NCBI GenBank assembly: GCA_905188025.1
Contig: CAJJKI010000004.1
Span: 8,629 to 72,628 of the forward strand
DNA: 64,000 bases
DNA from: an uncultured Eubacteriales bacterium
GTDB lineage: Bacteria > Bacillota_I > Bacilli_A > RF39 > UBA660
Reading direction: 5' to 3'
Shown: positions 38,620-50,779 of the stretch, piece by piece
Position numbering within the stretch: the stretch's first letter is position 1
Layout of the letters: each line of letters starts with the position of its first letter
Notes under the pieces: model-generated
What the model was told of the DNA's origin: nothing
Seen by the model: only the letters and a program-made list of their open reading frames with translations
Databases searched by the model: none
Program-made: the position numbers and the translations under genes

Positions 38620-39593
38620 TGAAAGTAGCAATACTTGGTGCTGGAGCTTATGGTTTGGCTTTGGCAAATACTCTTACTGATAATAATGTTACTGTAAATA
38701 TATGGACTAAAGTTAAGCAGGAATATGAATTACTATCAAATGAAGGAGAAAATGAAAAAGTTTTACCTGGTTTTAAGCTTAATGAAAAGATGCAACTATG
38801 TGAAAATATGGCGGATGCTATTAATGATGCAGAAATAATTTTTGTAGTTGTAGCTAGTAAATACTTAATGAATACCTTAGATGAAATAAAAAGATACTAT
38901 AACAAAAAACAAGTTATTTGTATTGCTTCTAAAGGAGTTTTACAAGAAAAGCTATTTTTTATGAGTAAGATTTTTAGTAAGGAATTAAATACTAAGAAAA
39001 TAGTTATTTTATCAGGAGGAACTTTTGCAAAAGATATGCTTATCAAAGAGCCAATGGGATTAATGATAGGTACTAAAGATAAATCTAGCGGTGTGCTTAC
39101 TAAGAAGAGCTTAGAAAATGAATATTTGAAGGCTGTTATATCACGTGATACTATTGGAATAGAAATTTGCGGAGCATTCAAAAATATTTTTGCTATTTCT
39201 CTTGGAATGATTGAAGGACTTCAGTACAATGAATCCACTAAGTGTATGTTTGTTACTAAGGCTATTAATGAACTTGGACAAATGATAAGTTTCTTTGGGG
39301 GAAATGAGAATACTATTTTAAGTTATGCAGGTATTGGTGATTTATGGCTGACAGGTACTTCTACTAATAGTAGAAATTATACTTTGGGGCTAATGATTGG
39401 TAAGAGACTTAATCAACAGGAAATTAAGCAATATATTAGTAATAACACTATTGAGGGGCTTGATTCTTTGGTAGCTATATACAGGATACTGGAATCTATA
39501 AAATGTAAGAGTAAGTTTATTTCTTGTCTATATAACATTATTTATAACAACGAATCATTAGAAGCATTAAAAAAATATTTGATTGACAATTAA
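38619..39593 (+). CDS. gpsA: NAD(P)H-dependent glycerol-3-phosphate dehydrogenase
   Basis: MKVAILGAGAYGLALA is a Rossmann motif. It also has KGV...GAFKNIFAI...GDLWLT...SRNYTLG. Confidence 0.88.
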   Translation: MKVAILGAGAYGLALANTLTDNNVTVNIWTKVKQEYELLSNEGENEKVLPGFKLNEKMQLCENMADAINDAEIIFVVVASKYLMNTLDEIKRYYNKKQVICIASKGVLQEKLFFMSKIFSKELNTKKIVILSGGTFAKDMLIKEPMGLMIGTKDKSSGVLTKKSLENEYLKAVISRDTIGIEICGAFKNIFAISLGMIEGLQYNESTKCMFVTKAINELGQMISFFGGNENTILSYAGIGDLWLTGTSTNSRNYTLGLMIGKRLNQQEIKQYISNNTIEGLDSLVAIYRILESIKCKSKFISCLYNIIYNNESLEALKKYLIDN

Positions 39594-39691
39594 TATTTAA
39601 TATTGTGATTATTATTTGGCATAGAAAAACTGTCCTTTATACATATACATAGATTTAAGTAAATGGATATAGGACAGTTTTTTACATATAA

Positions 39692-40375
39692 TTAACTTTT
39701 TATAATTGACTTTAATTTCTTTATTACTTTTTTTTCTATTCTTGAAATATATGATTGACTAATTCCTAATAAACTGGCAACATCTTTTTGAGTCATTTCT
39801 TTTTTACCATTTAAACCATATCTTAATTCAATAATTTCTTTATCACGAGGAGATAATTTTTCAATTTCTTCTAGCAAAATACTTTTATCTAATTCATCGT
39901 CAAGGCCTTTGGTAACAATATCTTTTTCAGTTCCTAGAACGTCTTCAAGATGAAGCTCATTGCCATCTGAGTCGTAACTTAAACTATCTTCAAAACTAAC
40001 TTCCGTTTTTTTGCGTTTTATTTTTCTTAAGTGCATCAATATTTCATTATCTATGCACCTAGATGCATAAGTGGCTAGTTTTATATTTTTATCCAAACGA
40101 TAAGTGTTGACTGCTTTAATTAGACCGATGGTTCCAATAGACACTAAATCTTCTAGATCAGTCCCAGTATTATCATATTTTTTGGCTAAAAATACTACTA
40201 GTCGAAGATTGTGTTCAATCAACTTATTTCTAGCTTTGGCATCATTGTTCATAGATTTTTCAACATACTTCATTTCTTCTTCTTTAGTTAGTGGTTCTGG
40301 TAAGATATCAGTGCTTCCTACAAATAATATTCTTTGATACTTCTTCATTATTTTTATAAATAATTTTTTTAACAT
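39692..40375 (-). CDS. sigE: sporulation sigma factor SigE (pro-sigma-E)
   Basis: The N-terminal pro-sequence is followed by LPEPLTKEEE...NKLIEHNLRLVVFLAKKY...DLVSIGTIGLIKAVNTY...ATYASRCIDNEILMHLRK. It lies directly downstream of, and overlaps, spoIIGA. Confidence 0.9.
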   Translation of the reverse strand: MLKKLFIKIMKKYQRILFVGSTDILPEPLTKEEEMKYVEKSMNNDAKARNKLIEHNLRLVVFLAKKYDNTGTDLEDLVSIGTIGLIKAVNTYRLDKNIKLATYASRCIDNEILMHLRKIKRKKTEVSFEDSLSYDSDGNELHLEDVLGTEKDIVTKGLDDELDKSILLEEIEKLSPRDKEIIELRYGLNGKKEMTQKDVASLLGISQSYISRIEKKVIKKLKSIIKS

Positions 40376-41139
40376 AATTGTCTCCCCTCTAATATTTTTT
40401 TATTTAAGATACAATCTGCTCCTTCAATACCCACTTCATCAATCAATCCAATTAAAACATTTTTTACTTCCCCTACTTTATCAAGATATATTTTTTCTGG
40501 TTTGAAACACTCCATTATTCCGTGACTGTCAATAGTATTGTAGGGAACAATAATTATTTTTTCATCTTGGTAATTAATAAGATCTTTTTTTATCAAAATT
40601 ATGGGGCGATGCTTATATGGATCTTTTAGAGTATTACCGGTATCTAAAAATGCACTTACTGTGATTTTTGGCTTGTCTTTTAAATATATGTCAAGAAGAT
40701 AATAATTAGAATATGTTATTTTTATTTTTTTAATACTCTTGATATAGGTAAAAGTAATTATAGGAAATATGATGATTAATGCTAAAAAGTTTAGAAATGT
40801 ATTATCTAACTTTGGTAGAAAGTATATATTAATTAAATATATTGAACCTGCTAAAAAAATACTTACAAGATATAGGTAAATAACATTTTTTATGGTGTAT
40901 ATAATATCTTTATACTTGAATGCTACTAATGACATAATAATAGAAAATATTATTGATATTAAAAATATAACTATTTTATCAATTTTAGTAAAGATAAATA
41001 TCAAAGGAATGCATCCTATTACTGAAGCAAGGAATATATTAGAAATTTTTGTATGACGATTTAGCAAAACACTTACTCCTAATAAAATGCAATAGTTGGA
41101 TATTAAATCTTCTAAGACCAATAAATCTACATACACCAT
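40369..41139 (-). CDS. spoIIGA: sigma-E processing peptidase SpoIIGA
   Basis: 256 aa with five N-terminal TM helices and the aspartic protease motif FLDTGNTLKDP. Confidence 0.88.
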   Translation of the reverse strand: MVYVDLLVLEDLISNYCILLGVSVLLNRHTKISNIFLASVIGCIPLIFIFTKIDKIVIFLISIIFSIIMSLVAFKYKDIIYTIKNVIYLYLVSIFLAGSIYLINIYFLPKLDNTFLNFLALIIIFPIITFTYIKSIKKIKITYSNYYLLDIYLKDKPKITVSAFLDTGNTLKDPYKHRPIILIKKDLINYQDEKIIIVPYNTIDSHGIMECFKPEKIYLDKVGEVKNVLIGLIDEVGIEGADCILNKKILEGRQLC

Positions 41140-41185
41140 TTAAATCACCTATTTAATTATAAAACTAATTAAAAGAATAAATTGT

Positions 41186-41213
41186 CAAAAAAGAGCTAAC
41201 AATAGTTAACTCT
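41186..41213 (-). terminator. rho-independent terminator in the comEC-spoIIGA spacer
   Basis: The minus strand has AGAGTTAAC-TATT-GTTAGCTCT followed by T6. It lies 165 nt downstream of the comEC stop. Confidence 0.7.
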
Positions 41214-41376
41214 TTATCTATATAAACGCAAGCTCTGCGAACTCACGGCACATTATATATTATGCACAAAATCATAAAAAGTTTACCTTATTGTGTGTTT
41301 TTTCTTTAGATATTTGCTTATGCAATCCATATTAAAACTATTTCTTACTGTGTTATATTTGTCAATTGTATTAATT

Positions 41377-43434
41377 TTATGGACTATAAGTTTTAATCAT
41401 ATATTTATTATTACTTATTTTTATTTCAATCGAACCATTTAAATCTGTTCTATAGACTTTGCTATTACTTAATACTTCTAATACTGATTCTTTTGGATGA
41501 CCATACTTATTATTTTTACCAACACTAATTAATGAATACTTTGGATGAATATTTGTAATAAATTCTTCACTACTACTGGTATTTGAACCATGATGACCTA
41601 CTTTTAAAAAGTCTATACTTTCTAGATTATATTTTTTTAATATATCTTTTTCTTTTGACAAACCAGCATCTCCCATAAATAAAAATCTATAATTATTATA
41701 ATTCGTATATATTACATTTGAATTATCATTCTCGTTATCATAATGTTTTGTATTCAAAAACTCTAATTTGTTATTTTTAATACTTATTTTATTTATACAA
41801 TAATAGGATGGAATTTGTTTTTCTTTCAACAATTTATTTAGTTCTTTTTCTAGGGTATTTATAGGGCCACAATTAAATACTACATTTTTGACTTTAAAAT
41901 TGTTTACTAGAACATTAGAATCTCCCATATGGTCATAGTCTCCATGAGTTAGTATTAAATAATCTAATTTAGTAACACCAAAACTTTTAAGATATGGTAT
42001 AGTTTTATTAATGGCTACTTGATAATCACTATTCACGATACCACCAGTATCAATTAAAATATTTCCTTGATTATGAGGATATTTTATAAAGATTGAATCA
42101 CCTTGTCCAACGTCTAAGTAAGTTACTGTAAATGATGAATCGATTAATGGATATAATTTATGGGATACAATAATAATTAATAAATATATATTTTTCTTAT
42201 TGTAAATAAATAAGTAGATAAGTATGTAATATATTAATACAATAATTATTGATGGCTTAGAAAAGACAATTTGACCTATTTTGTATTTATATATAGTTAG
42301 AGAAATGAATTGTAAAATAGAAGTAAAAATATTTAAGATAACGCTTAATTTTGGAATAATGAAACACACTAATGATAGTGGAAATATTATGATACTTACA
42401 AAGGGAATTAAAAATATATTTAAAATAATGGAGAAAACGTTTACTTGATAAAAGTTGTAAATACAAATGGGAAATGATACTAAGAATGAAATGAAAGACG
42501 TATATAGAGACTTCATTATTTTATTTTTAATATTTTTTAATTTATAACTGAATAGTACTAGTGAGAAAGAAATGAGATATGAATATTGAAAAGAAATGTT
42601 ATATAGATAATATGGGTTTATAATTAGCATTATTGTTAGTACAAAACACATGATATCCAAATTCTTTATTTTCAAATTAAAAAGTTTATTTATAGCAAAT
42701 AATATATACATAGTTAAACTACGAATAACAGATGGTGAAGAACCTACAAGGAGGGAATAAAATATAAGAAATGAGATGACTATACTATAATTATAATAGT
42801 TATTATAAGATATTCTTTTCATGACATATAAAATAATAGCGGCAAATAAACTTATATGCATACCTGAAATAGAAAACAAATGAGAAACGCCATTTTGCTG
42901 GTAGCTTTTACTTGTTTCTTCATCTAAAGAAGAAGTATCCCCTAAAATGAAAATTTTTAAATATTCATTGGCATAAGTTATTTTATCGATTCGTTCATTA
43001 ATCTTACCTTTTAAGTAATATATTACATTAGTATTATTAGCAGTTTTAGTTACTGACTTGGCTGTAACAGTATAAAATATATTATTGTTAAGGAGGTATC
43101 TCTTATAATTGAACTGATTGGGAACAGTATTATTACTTGGTACTTTTATTTTTCCTGATACAGATATTTCGTCACCTAAATTAATATCTTCTAATAATTC
43201 TTGGTAGTAGTTTATTACTATTTTTTCTTTACCTTTAATATAAAATGCAGTTTTATCGTTATTGATTTTCTTTTTATAGACTATACCTTTAAATTTTATT
43301 TCTGACTTATCATAAACGCTTTTTTGTGGATAAAAAATGGTAAAAATTATTGCAACTATTAAAGATAAAACAGCTAATACCTTGAAGATATATCTATTTC
43401 TTAAAACATATTTTAAATAATTTATACTTAACAT
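41377..43434 (-). CDS. comEC: DNA internalization-related competence protein ComEC/Rec2
   Basis: 685 aa with an N-terminal OB-like region, a polytopic competence domain (GVSHLFSISGMHISL) and a C-terminal metallo-beta-lactamase domain (LDVGQGDS...THGDYDHMG...GHHGS). Confidence 0.9.
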   Translation of the reverse strand: MLSINYLKYVLRNRYIFKVLAVLSLIVAIIFTIFYPQKSVYDKSEIKFKGIVYKKKINNDKTAFYIKGKEKIVINYYQELLEDINLGDEISVSGKIKVPSNNTVPNQFNYKRYLLNNNIFYTVTAKSVTKTANNTNVIYYLKGKINERIDKITYANEYLKIFILGDTSSLDEETSKSYQQNGVSHLFSISGMHISLFAAIILYVMKRISYNNYYNYSIVISFLIFYSLLVGSSPSVIRSLTMYILFAINKLFNLKIKNLDIMCFVLTIMLIINPYYLYNISFQYSYLISFSLVLFSYKLKNIKNKIMKSLYTSFISFLVSFPICIYNFYQVNVFSIILNIFLIPFVSIIIFPLSLVCFIIPKLSVILNIFTSILQFISLTIYKYKIGQIVFSKPSIIIVLIYYILIYLFIYNKKNIYLLIIIVSHKLYPLIDSSFTVTYLDVGQGDSIFIKYPHNQGNILIDTGGIVNSDYQVAINKTIPYLKSFGVTKLDYLILTHGDYDHMGDSNVLVNNFKVKNVVFNCGPINTLEKELNKLLKEKQIPSYYCINKISIKNNKLEFLNTKHYDNENDNSNVIYTNYNNYRFLFMGDAGLSKEKDILKKYNLESIDFLKVGHHGSNTSSSEEFITNIHPKYSLISVGKNNKYGHPKESVLEVLSNSKVYRTDLNGSIEIKISNNKYMIKTYSP

Positions 43435-43435
43435 A

Positions 43436-44128
43436 TTATACAGTTATGCTGTCTTTAATTTCTTCATATAGTTTTTCCCCTATTCCATCTACTTCTAATA
43501 ATTCATTAATGCTTTTAAACTTTCCTACTTTTTCACGATATTTTATAATAGACTCTGCTTTTGAAGCTCCAATTCCTGATAATTTTTGGAGTTCTTCTAA
43601 CGAAGCTGTATTAATATTTATTATGTTACTTGTACCAGTGCCATTGCCTATTTCTCCTGTTATTTTGTCGTTAATACAACCATCATTCTTAATATTAGGA
43701 CAATTGCACTCTTTATCAATATACTTTACGACAGTGTCAACAATGTTAGAGTTTTTTATTTCTTCATCAGTATAGATAATTATTACCATTTCATCAGTTA
43801 CTTTTTTAGCAAGATTATTTACTGAAGTATTGGCATTCTCAGTTAAACCACCTGCTAATGATATGATATCATTGATTGTTTTGTTGCATTCAACCGAATA
43901 TACTCCAGGATTTGATACGGCTCCTTTTATGTCTACATTGCATAGAGTTTGCTTATCCTCTGGAGACTCTTTTTCAGAATTGGTAATAGTTAATTCATTA
44001 TTGTTGTTGTTTGTATCTAAAACATATTTCTTACTATTTAACTTATTTTTAATAGCAACAAAAGACACTATTAGTAGTACTATTATAATGATTGTGATGG
44101 GATATTTTATTTTTCTTATAAATTTCAT
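43436..44128 (-). CDS. comEA: competence protein ComEA (SLBB plus helix-hairpin-helix DNA receptor)
   Basis: TM anchor, SLBB region (DIKGAVSNPGVYSV) and the C-terminal INTASLEELQKLSGIGASKAESIIKYRE...GIGEKLYEEIK. I chose the ATG at 44128, preceded by AAAGGAGGAG. Confidence 0.88.
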   Translation of the reverse strand: MKFIRKIKYPITIIIIVLLIVSFVAIKNKLNSKKYVLDTNNNNNELTITNSEKESPEDKQTLCNVDIKGAVSNPGVYSVECNKTINDIISLAGGLTENANTSVNNLAKKVTDEMVIIIYTDEEIKNSNIVDTVVKYIDKECNCPNIKNDGCINDKITGEIGNGTGTSNIININTASLEELQKLSGIGASKAESIIKYREKVGKFKSINELLEVDGIGEKLYEEIKDSITV

Positions 44129-44312
44129 TTTTACTCCTCCTTTTTGGCCCTTCACTATTATTATTGTGGGAATTTTGATGATTTACTTTTTTTGGATACA
44201 AATTTAGACAACTTTGGTAAGATTTTGAGAGATAATTACTATATAGTTATTTTTTATTGATTTGACAAGTTGAAAATTAATACAATTAAATTTAATTACC
44301 ACAAAAAAATGT

Positions 44313-44341
44313 TTGACTTTTTGAAATAATAAATGTATAAT
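44313..44341 (+). promoter_or_regulatory. sigma-A consensus-like promoter upstream of the sortase gene
   Basis: TTGACT (44313-44318), a 17-nt spacer ending in TG, then TATAAT (44336-44341). Confidence 0.7.
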
Positions 44342-44391
44342 ATTTAGTCGACTAAGGGATTGACTGGACTTATATTGGAAGGTGATATTTT

Positions 44392-45144
44392 ATGAAGAAA
44401 AAATATTTACTATTAGGATTAATATTTGTTTTACTTATAGGAGTTATTGGCGGAGGATACTTTTATTTTAGTACTAGAAATAATGATAAAACTCCTCATG
44501 AAATTACTGAACCTAGTAAGGAAGTAATTAAGAATGATGGGGATGAAAATGATGAGAAAGATAAATATAAAGAAATTATTCAGGGATATAAAAACGAGTT
44601 TAATAATAATGACGTTGTTGGGGAAATAACAATAGTTAATACTGATTATAAAAAAGCCATTATGCAAGCGAGTGATAATGACTATTATTTGAATCATACT
44701 GAAGACAATACTAGTAGTTATATGGGAGCAATATATTTAGACTTTAGAGTTGATATTGATAGTGGGCGTAAGTTACTTATTTATGGACACAATTCTGCTA
44801 ATATAGATATGCCATTTAAGGTGTTAGAAAAATATTATGATTATAATTATTACAAAGAACATGAATATATAAAAATTACTACTGAAAATAAAGTTAGATT
44901 ATATAAAATATATGCTGTTTATGTGGAGCCAACGGATTTTAGTTATATGCAAACTGACTTTAATAATGATGATGAATGGTATGAACATATTAAGCACTTT
45001 AAAAATAAAAGCATGTATGATACTGGTGTTGATATAAGTAGTAATGATAATATTTTGATTTTACAAACTTGTAGTACACATAGAGACTATATAAATTATA
45101 AACGTAAATTTATGCTAGTAATTGCTAAGGAAGTTAATGAATAA
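44392..45144 (+). CDS. srtB: class B sortase
   Basis: N-terminal TM helix, then YLNHT...GAIYLDFR...LIYGHN and the catalytic LILQTCS. Confidence 0.8.
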   Translation: MKKKYLLLGLIFVLLIGVIGGGYFYFSTRNNDKTPHEITEPSKEVIKNDGDENDEKDKYKEIIQGYKNEFNNNDVVGEITIVNTDYKKAIMQASDNDYYLNHTEDNTSSYMGAIYLDFRVDIDSGRKLLIYGHNSANIDMPFKVLEKYYDYNYYKEHEYIKITTENKVRLYKIYAVYVEPTDFSYMQTDFNNDDEWYEHIKHFKNKSMYDTGVDISSNDNILILQTCSTHRDYINYKRKFMLVIAKEVNE

Positions 45145-45188
45145 TAATTAAAAAGCCATATTATGACTATATGTTAATAATATGACTT

Positions 45189-46832
45189 TTATTTTTTGCG
45201 ATTTTTGATTATCATTCTAATAATATTTAAAAGTAAAAGAAATGAAATAGCTCCAATAAAATATATAGTATAATTAGTTTTCTTTTTGATATTAATAATA
45301 TACGTGGTTGGAGTATCATTATTTATAGTTATTGTTATGATACTACCATCTTTTAAGTCACGGTTACCATTAATGGTTATTTTATCGTAATCTTCATTGA
45401 TATCAAACTCTAATGATGATTCATCGCCTATTTTTAAAGTATAATCTAATTTTGATATATCAAAGTTTAAATCATAACCTTTTACTTGAATTTTCAAAGG
45501 ATCTTTTGGCTTTTCAATAACGGTAATAATGGTACTTGCAGTTATGGTGCCTTCTTCATTTGATACGGTAATAGTTGTTGTACCTTTGCTAAGAGCTGTT
45601 AGAACGCCATCTTTAATAGTGGCTACTTTTTCATCACTACTTGTCCAAATTGGATTATTGATTGTGGAAGACTCAGGAGTGCTAATTGTTTCAAGAGATG
45701 TCTTACTTCCTACATAGACTGTTTCTTTGTCATTTTTAAATTTTATTGATTCAATTGGTGGACCAATAACTGTCAGTTTACATATAACTTCTTTTTTTCC
45801 TTCATCACTGATTACTTTTATTTCAGCAGTACCTGGCTTTATAGCAGTAATTACACCTTTTTCTACAATAGCTACTTTTTCATTACTACTTTTCCAAGTG
45901 ACTTTTTGGTTAGCGGCATATGATGGTTCGAAATTTACAGTTAATGTTTCTTCTTTTCCGGCTACTAGTGTTAGTTCAGTTTTGTTAAGGGTAATATTTT
46001 TTAATTCTTTTGAAATAGCGTTAACTGTAACTTTACATTTGGCAACATAGCCTCCATCGTTGGCAATGGCTATTATTTCGGTGGTACCGGGGCTTTTTGC
46101 GGTGACGTTACCATTTGAATCAACGGTAGCAATGGCGGTATTGTTGCTTTTCCAAGTGACTTTTTTATCAGTGGCATTATTTGGAGAAAAGGTGACATTT
46201 AATTTAGACGAAGAATTTTCATTTATGGTAAGAGTATCTTTTATACTGATACTTTTTAGGGATATCTTATCAATAACTTCTACTTGCATATTAATATTTT
46301 TATTTGTTCCTGGAGCGGATATGGTTAAATATGTTTTTCCAGTTTTTCTTCCTGTAATAGTACCACTATTATCAATTGTAACAATATTTGTATCAGCGAT
46401 ATAATATCCTAATTTTTTATTGCTGGCATTATTTGGTGAAATACTAATACCTAAACTTCTACTTTCGTTTAATAAAATAGTTAGGCTAGTTGATGAAACT
46501 GAAATGCTGTCTATAGGAATATAGTCTCTACTAACAGTAATTGTACCATAGGCATGATTACCATTTCTATCAGTGACAGTGATATAAGCTTTTCCATAAT
46601 TTTTGGCAAGGGCGACACCATTACTAGAAATAGTTACAGTACTTGGGCTGCTACTTTCCCATGTGTAGTCACTTATAGAATTGCTACTTCCTATTACTTT
46701 TAAATTCATTGTATCGTTTATACCCATAATTAATTCATTGGGGGTTATTAAAAGTTGTTGTGAGCTTGCATAAACATATTTAGTATTAAAAAATGAAATT
46801 ATAGTTATGAGTGCTATTAGTATTTTTTTCAT
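45189..46832 (-). CDS. surface protein with tandem bacterial Ig-like (Big_2) domains and a C-terminal TM anchor
   Basis: Signal peptide MKKILIALITIISFFNTKYVYA (ATG at 46832). At least five repeats of the ...VTWKSSN..VATV...G.VTA...GTA.I pattern follow. The C-terminal anchor is FIGAISFLLLLNIIRMIIKNRKK. No LPxTG-like motif is present. Confidence 0.75.
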   Translation of the reverse strand: MKKILIALITIISFFNTKYVYASSQQLLITPNELIMGINDTMNLKVIGSSNSISDYTWESSSPSTVTISSNGVALAKNYGKAYITVTDRNGNHAYGTITVSRDYIPIDSISVSSTSLTILLNESRSLGISISPNNASNKKLGYYIADTNIVTIDNSGTITGRKTGKTYLTISAPGTNKNINMQVEVIDKISLKSISIKDTLTINENSSSKLNVTFSPNNATDKKVTWKSNNTAIATVDSNGNVTAKSPGTTEIIAIANDGGYVAKCKVTVNAISKELKNITLNKTELTLVAGKEETLTVNFEPSYAANQKVTWKSSNEKVAIVEKGVITAIKPGTAEIKVISDEGKKEVICKLTVIGPPIESIKFKNDKETVYVGSKTSLETISTPESSTINNPIWTSSDEKVATIKDGVLTALSKGTTTITVSNEEGTITASTIITVIEKPKDPLKIQVKGYDLNFDISKLDYTLKIGDESSLEFDINEDYDKITINGNRDLKDGSIITITINNDTPTTYIINIKKKTNYTIYFIGAISFLLLLNIIRMIIKNRKK

Positions 46833-47005
46833 ATTAATGTTCCTTTCGTGTGAAGAATATTTATTAAGATTTAACTCCACTACTCTATCTTAATTAAATT
46901 ATAGTATATTTCTTTCTAATAGTAAAGAAAAAAGAGTTAACTTTTATTAAACACATGTTAACTACATATATAGTTTTATGTATAAGTTCACTCTTTGTTT
47001 ATTAT

Positions 47006-48148
47006 TTATTTTTGATTTAACATTTTTTTGGATAATTTATATATTTTTTCAATTGACTTGTTATCATGATAAGCATTTAGTTTACGGCGCATATTAGGAA
47101 GTAAATGCTTTTTCTTTAGTATTTTTCCGACTGTTTTGGCTAGTTTTCTTGGGGTTTGGCAGTTATATCCATAGCCATTTTTGCATATAAATCTAGCATT
47201 ATATATTTCGTTACCGCCGTTTCCTGGTATTAATAGCATTGGGGTTTTCATTTCAAGGCTTTCTGTTATACTAAGACCTCCTGGCTTACTAATTACAATG
47301 TCAGAAATACTTAACAAATTGTTTACTTCTTTAGAGAATCCTAATGGATAAACATTTTCATAATGATTTTTGGCTATGAGTTTTTCAACTTTTTCTTTCA
47401 ACTTTTCATTTTTGCCACAAACATAAAGAATATTTATATCATATTCTTCTTCAAGAAGCCTTTTTAGGTACTTATAAGAAAATGATGAACCAATACTACC
47501 ACCAGCAAAAAATAGAAAAGTTTTTTTGCCATTATTTACGTGATACTTTTGTTTGATTAGTTCTGGATCAACGGTGTTATTAAATGTTTCTGAGATAGGT
47601 ATTCCATATGAATAAATTTTATTGCCATCTATTCCTTTACTTATTAAATCATTTTTGACTATATCGTTACTTACAATGAAAGCATCAATAGATTTTTCAT
47701 CTTTAATCCACATTTCATGAGATTTATAGTCAGTGATAATGCTAATAATTTTAGTATCAATTAAATTTCTTTTATTAAACATTCCTAGCATTATGTTGCC
47801 AAAAAAGTGAGTTGATATAAGTAAATCAGGGTTATATGAAACGATTTCTTCTTCTAGTTTTTTGTTATTAAAGACTGACTTGATAACTGCTTTATATGGA
47901 AGTGTGGTTGTTTTAAAATCAAATATTTCATATATTACACTAAAAATAGCACTACTACTACGATATTTAAAATTTTGTTCATATACTTTCTTACTAAGTA
48001 ACCCAATAAAGTTCTCATAATCCATGAGATCAATCATTTTTACTTCATAATCACTATACTTAATAAAATAATCATAAATGTAATTGGCAACAGTTTTATG
48101 ACCTGAACCATAGGTGGCATAAGTTATTAATACTTTTTTCTTTTTCAT
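47006..48148 (-). CDS. MGDG-synthase/UgtP-like diacylglycerol glycosyltransferase (GT28)
   Basis: Reads KVLITYATYGSGHKTVANYI...FFAGGSIGS...ISKPGGLSITESL. Confidence 0.75.
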   Translation of the reverse strand: MKKKKVLITYATYGSGHKTVANYIYDYFIKYSDYEVKMIDLMDYENFIGLLSKKVYEQNFKYRSSSAIFSVIYEIFDFKTTTLPYKAVIKSVFNNKKLEEEIVSYNPDLLISTHFFGNIMLGMFNKRNLIDTKIISIITDYKSHEMWIKDEKSIDAFIVSNDIVKNDLISKGIDGNKIYSYGIPISETFNNTVDPELIKQKYHVNNGKKTFLFFAGGSIGSSFSYKYLKRLLEEEYDINILYVCGKNEKLKEKVEKLIAKNHYENVYPLGFSKEVNNLLSISDIVISKPGGLSITESLEMKTPMLLIPGNGGNEIYNARFICKNGYGYNCQTPRKLAKTVGKILKKKHLLPNMRRKLNAYHDNKSIEKIYKLSKKMLNQK

Positions 48149-48283
48149 GGAGCCTCCTGTTAAGTTATTGTTATATTAATTTTTTATTCTTCTTACTTAT
48201 AATTATACCATATTATTGTTAAAATAAATATAAATATTTTTACAGTGTGGGACAGGCTATTTATAAAATAATGTCTTGTAATG

Positions 48284-49945
<1,662 letters not shown>

Positions 49946-50044
49946 TTATATCATGGATACAGGGCTATGCAAGTATTTTTGCTAAATTTGACAAATTTAT
50001 TCTTTTGTAGTAAAATTTTATAGTACTTTGAAGGGAATAAAAAT

Positions 50045-50551
50045 ATGGTTATAATTAATGATAAAAAATATAAAAATATGGTAAAGCCAATACTTAGAGA
50101 CACTAATTTCAAGATGACTTATAATATTGAGCATCATGGTATTAGTAGAATGGAACATTCTTTAAAGGTTTCTTACAAAGCTTATAAAATTGCTAAGAAA
50201 ATTGGGCTTGATTATGAGGCAGTGGCTAGAGGTGGCCTTCTACATGATTTTTATCTTGAAGGTGATGAAAGAAGTGCTAGTAAAAGATTTTTGGATACTT
50301 TTACTCATCCTAAGAAAGCTTTGATAACTGCTAGTAAATTTTTTGATTTAAATGATATAGAAAAAAATATAATTGTTAGTCATATGTTTCCAATATATTT
50401 CTCTTTACCTAAATATAGGGAAAGTGTGCTAGTTAATATAGTAGATAAAGTTATTGGTGGATATGAAATGCTAAGGAAGGTTAAGTGTAAAACTAGATAC
50501 AAATTCAATTTAGCATTTGTACTAATATTAGTATTTATTTCAAGTAATTAG
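50045..50551 (+). CDS. HD-domain phosphohydrolase with C-terminal TM segment
   Basis: HGISRMEHSLKVS...GLLHDFY are His and Asp motifs of the HD superfamily. Confidence 0.65.
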   Translation: MVIINDKKYKNMVKPILRDTNFKMTYNIEHHGISRMEHSLKVSYKAYKIAKKIGLDYEAVARGGLLHDFYLEGDERSASKRFLDTFTHPKKALITASKFFDLNDIEKNIIVSHMFPIYFSLPKYRESVLVNIVDKVIGGYEMLRKVKCKTRYKFNLAFVLILVFISSN

Positions 50552-50668
50552 AGAGATTATTAGTCTCTTTTTTTAGATAATTTAAATTTAAAATCTAGTT
50601 AGAATATATTTTTATATAATAAATAATTAATATGTACCTAAAATGTATCTAACTCATAAAAACAATAT

Positions 50669-50691
50669 AAAAACCCTTATTTGATAAGGGC
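50669..50691 (-). terminator. rho-independent terminator after tRNA-Glu
   Basis: The minus strand has GCCCTTAT-CAA-ATAAGGG followed by T5. Confidence 0.65.
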
Positions 50692-50703
50692 TAATTACAT
50701 AAA

Positions 50704-50779
50704 TGGTGACCTGTATGGGATTTGAACCCATGAATGTTACCTTGAGAGGGTAATGTGTTAACCATTTCACCAACAGGCC
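50704..50779 (-). tRNA. tRNA-Glu (CUC)
   Basis: The reverse complement is GGCCTGTTGGTGAAATGGTTAACACATTACCCTCTCAAGGTAACATTCATGGGTTCAAATCCCATACAGGTCACCA. The scaffold resembles Firmicute tRNA-Glu. Anticodon stem TTACC/GGTAA with loop C-U-CUC-A-A. Confidence 0.85.
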
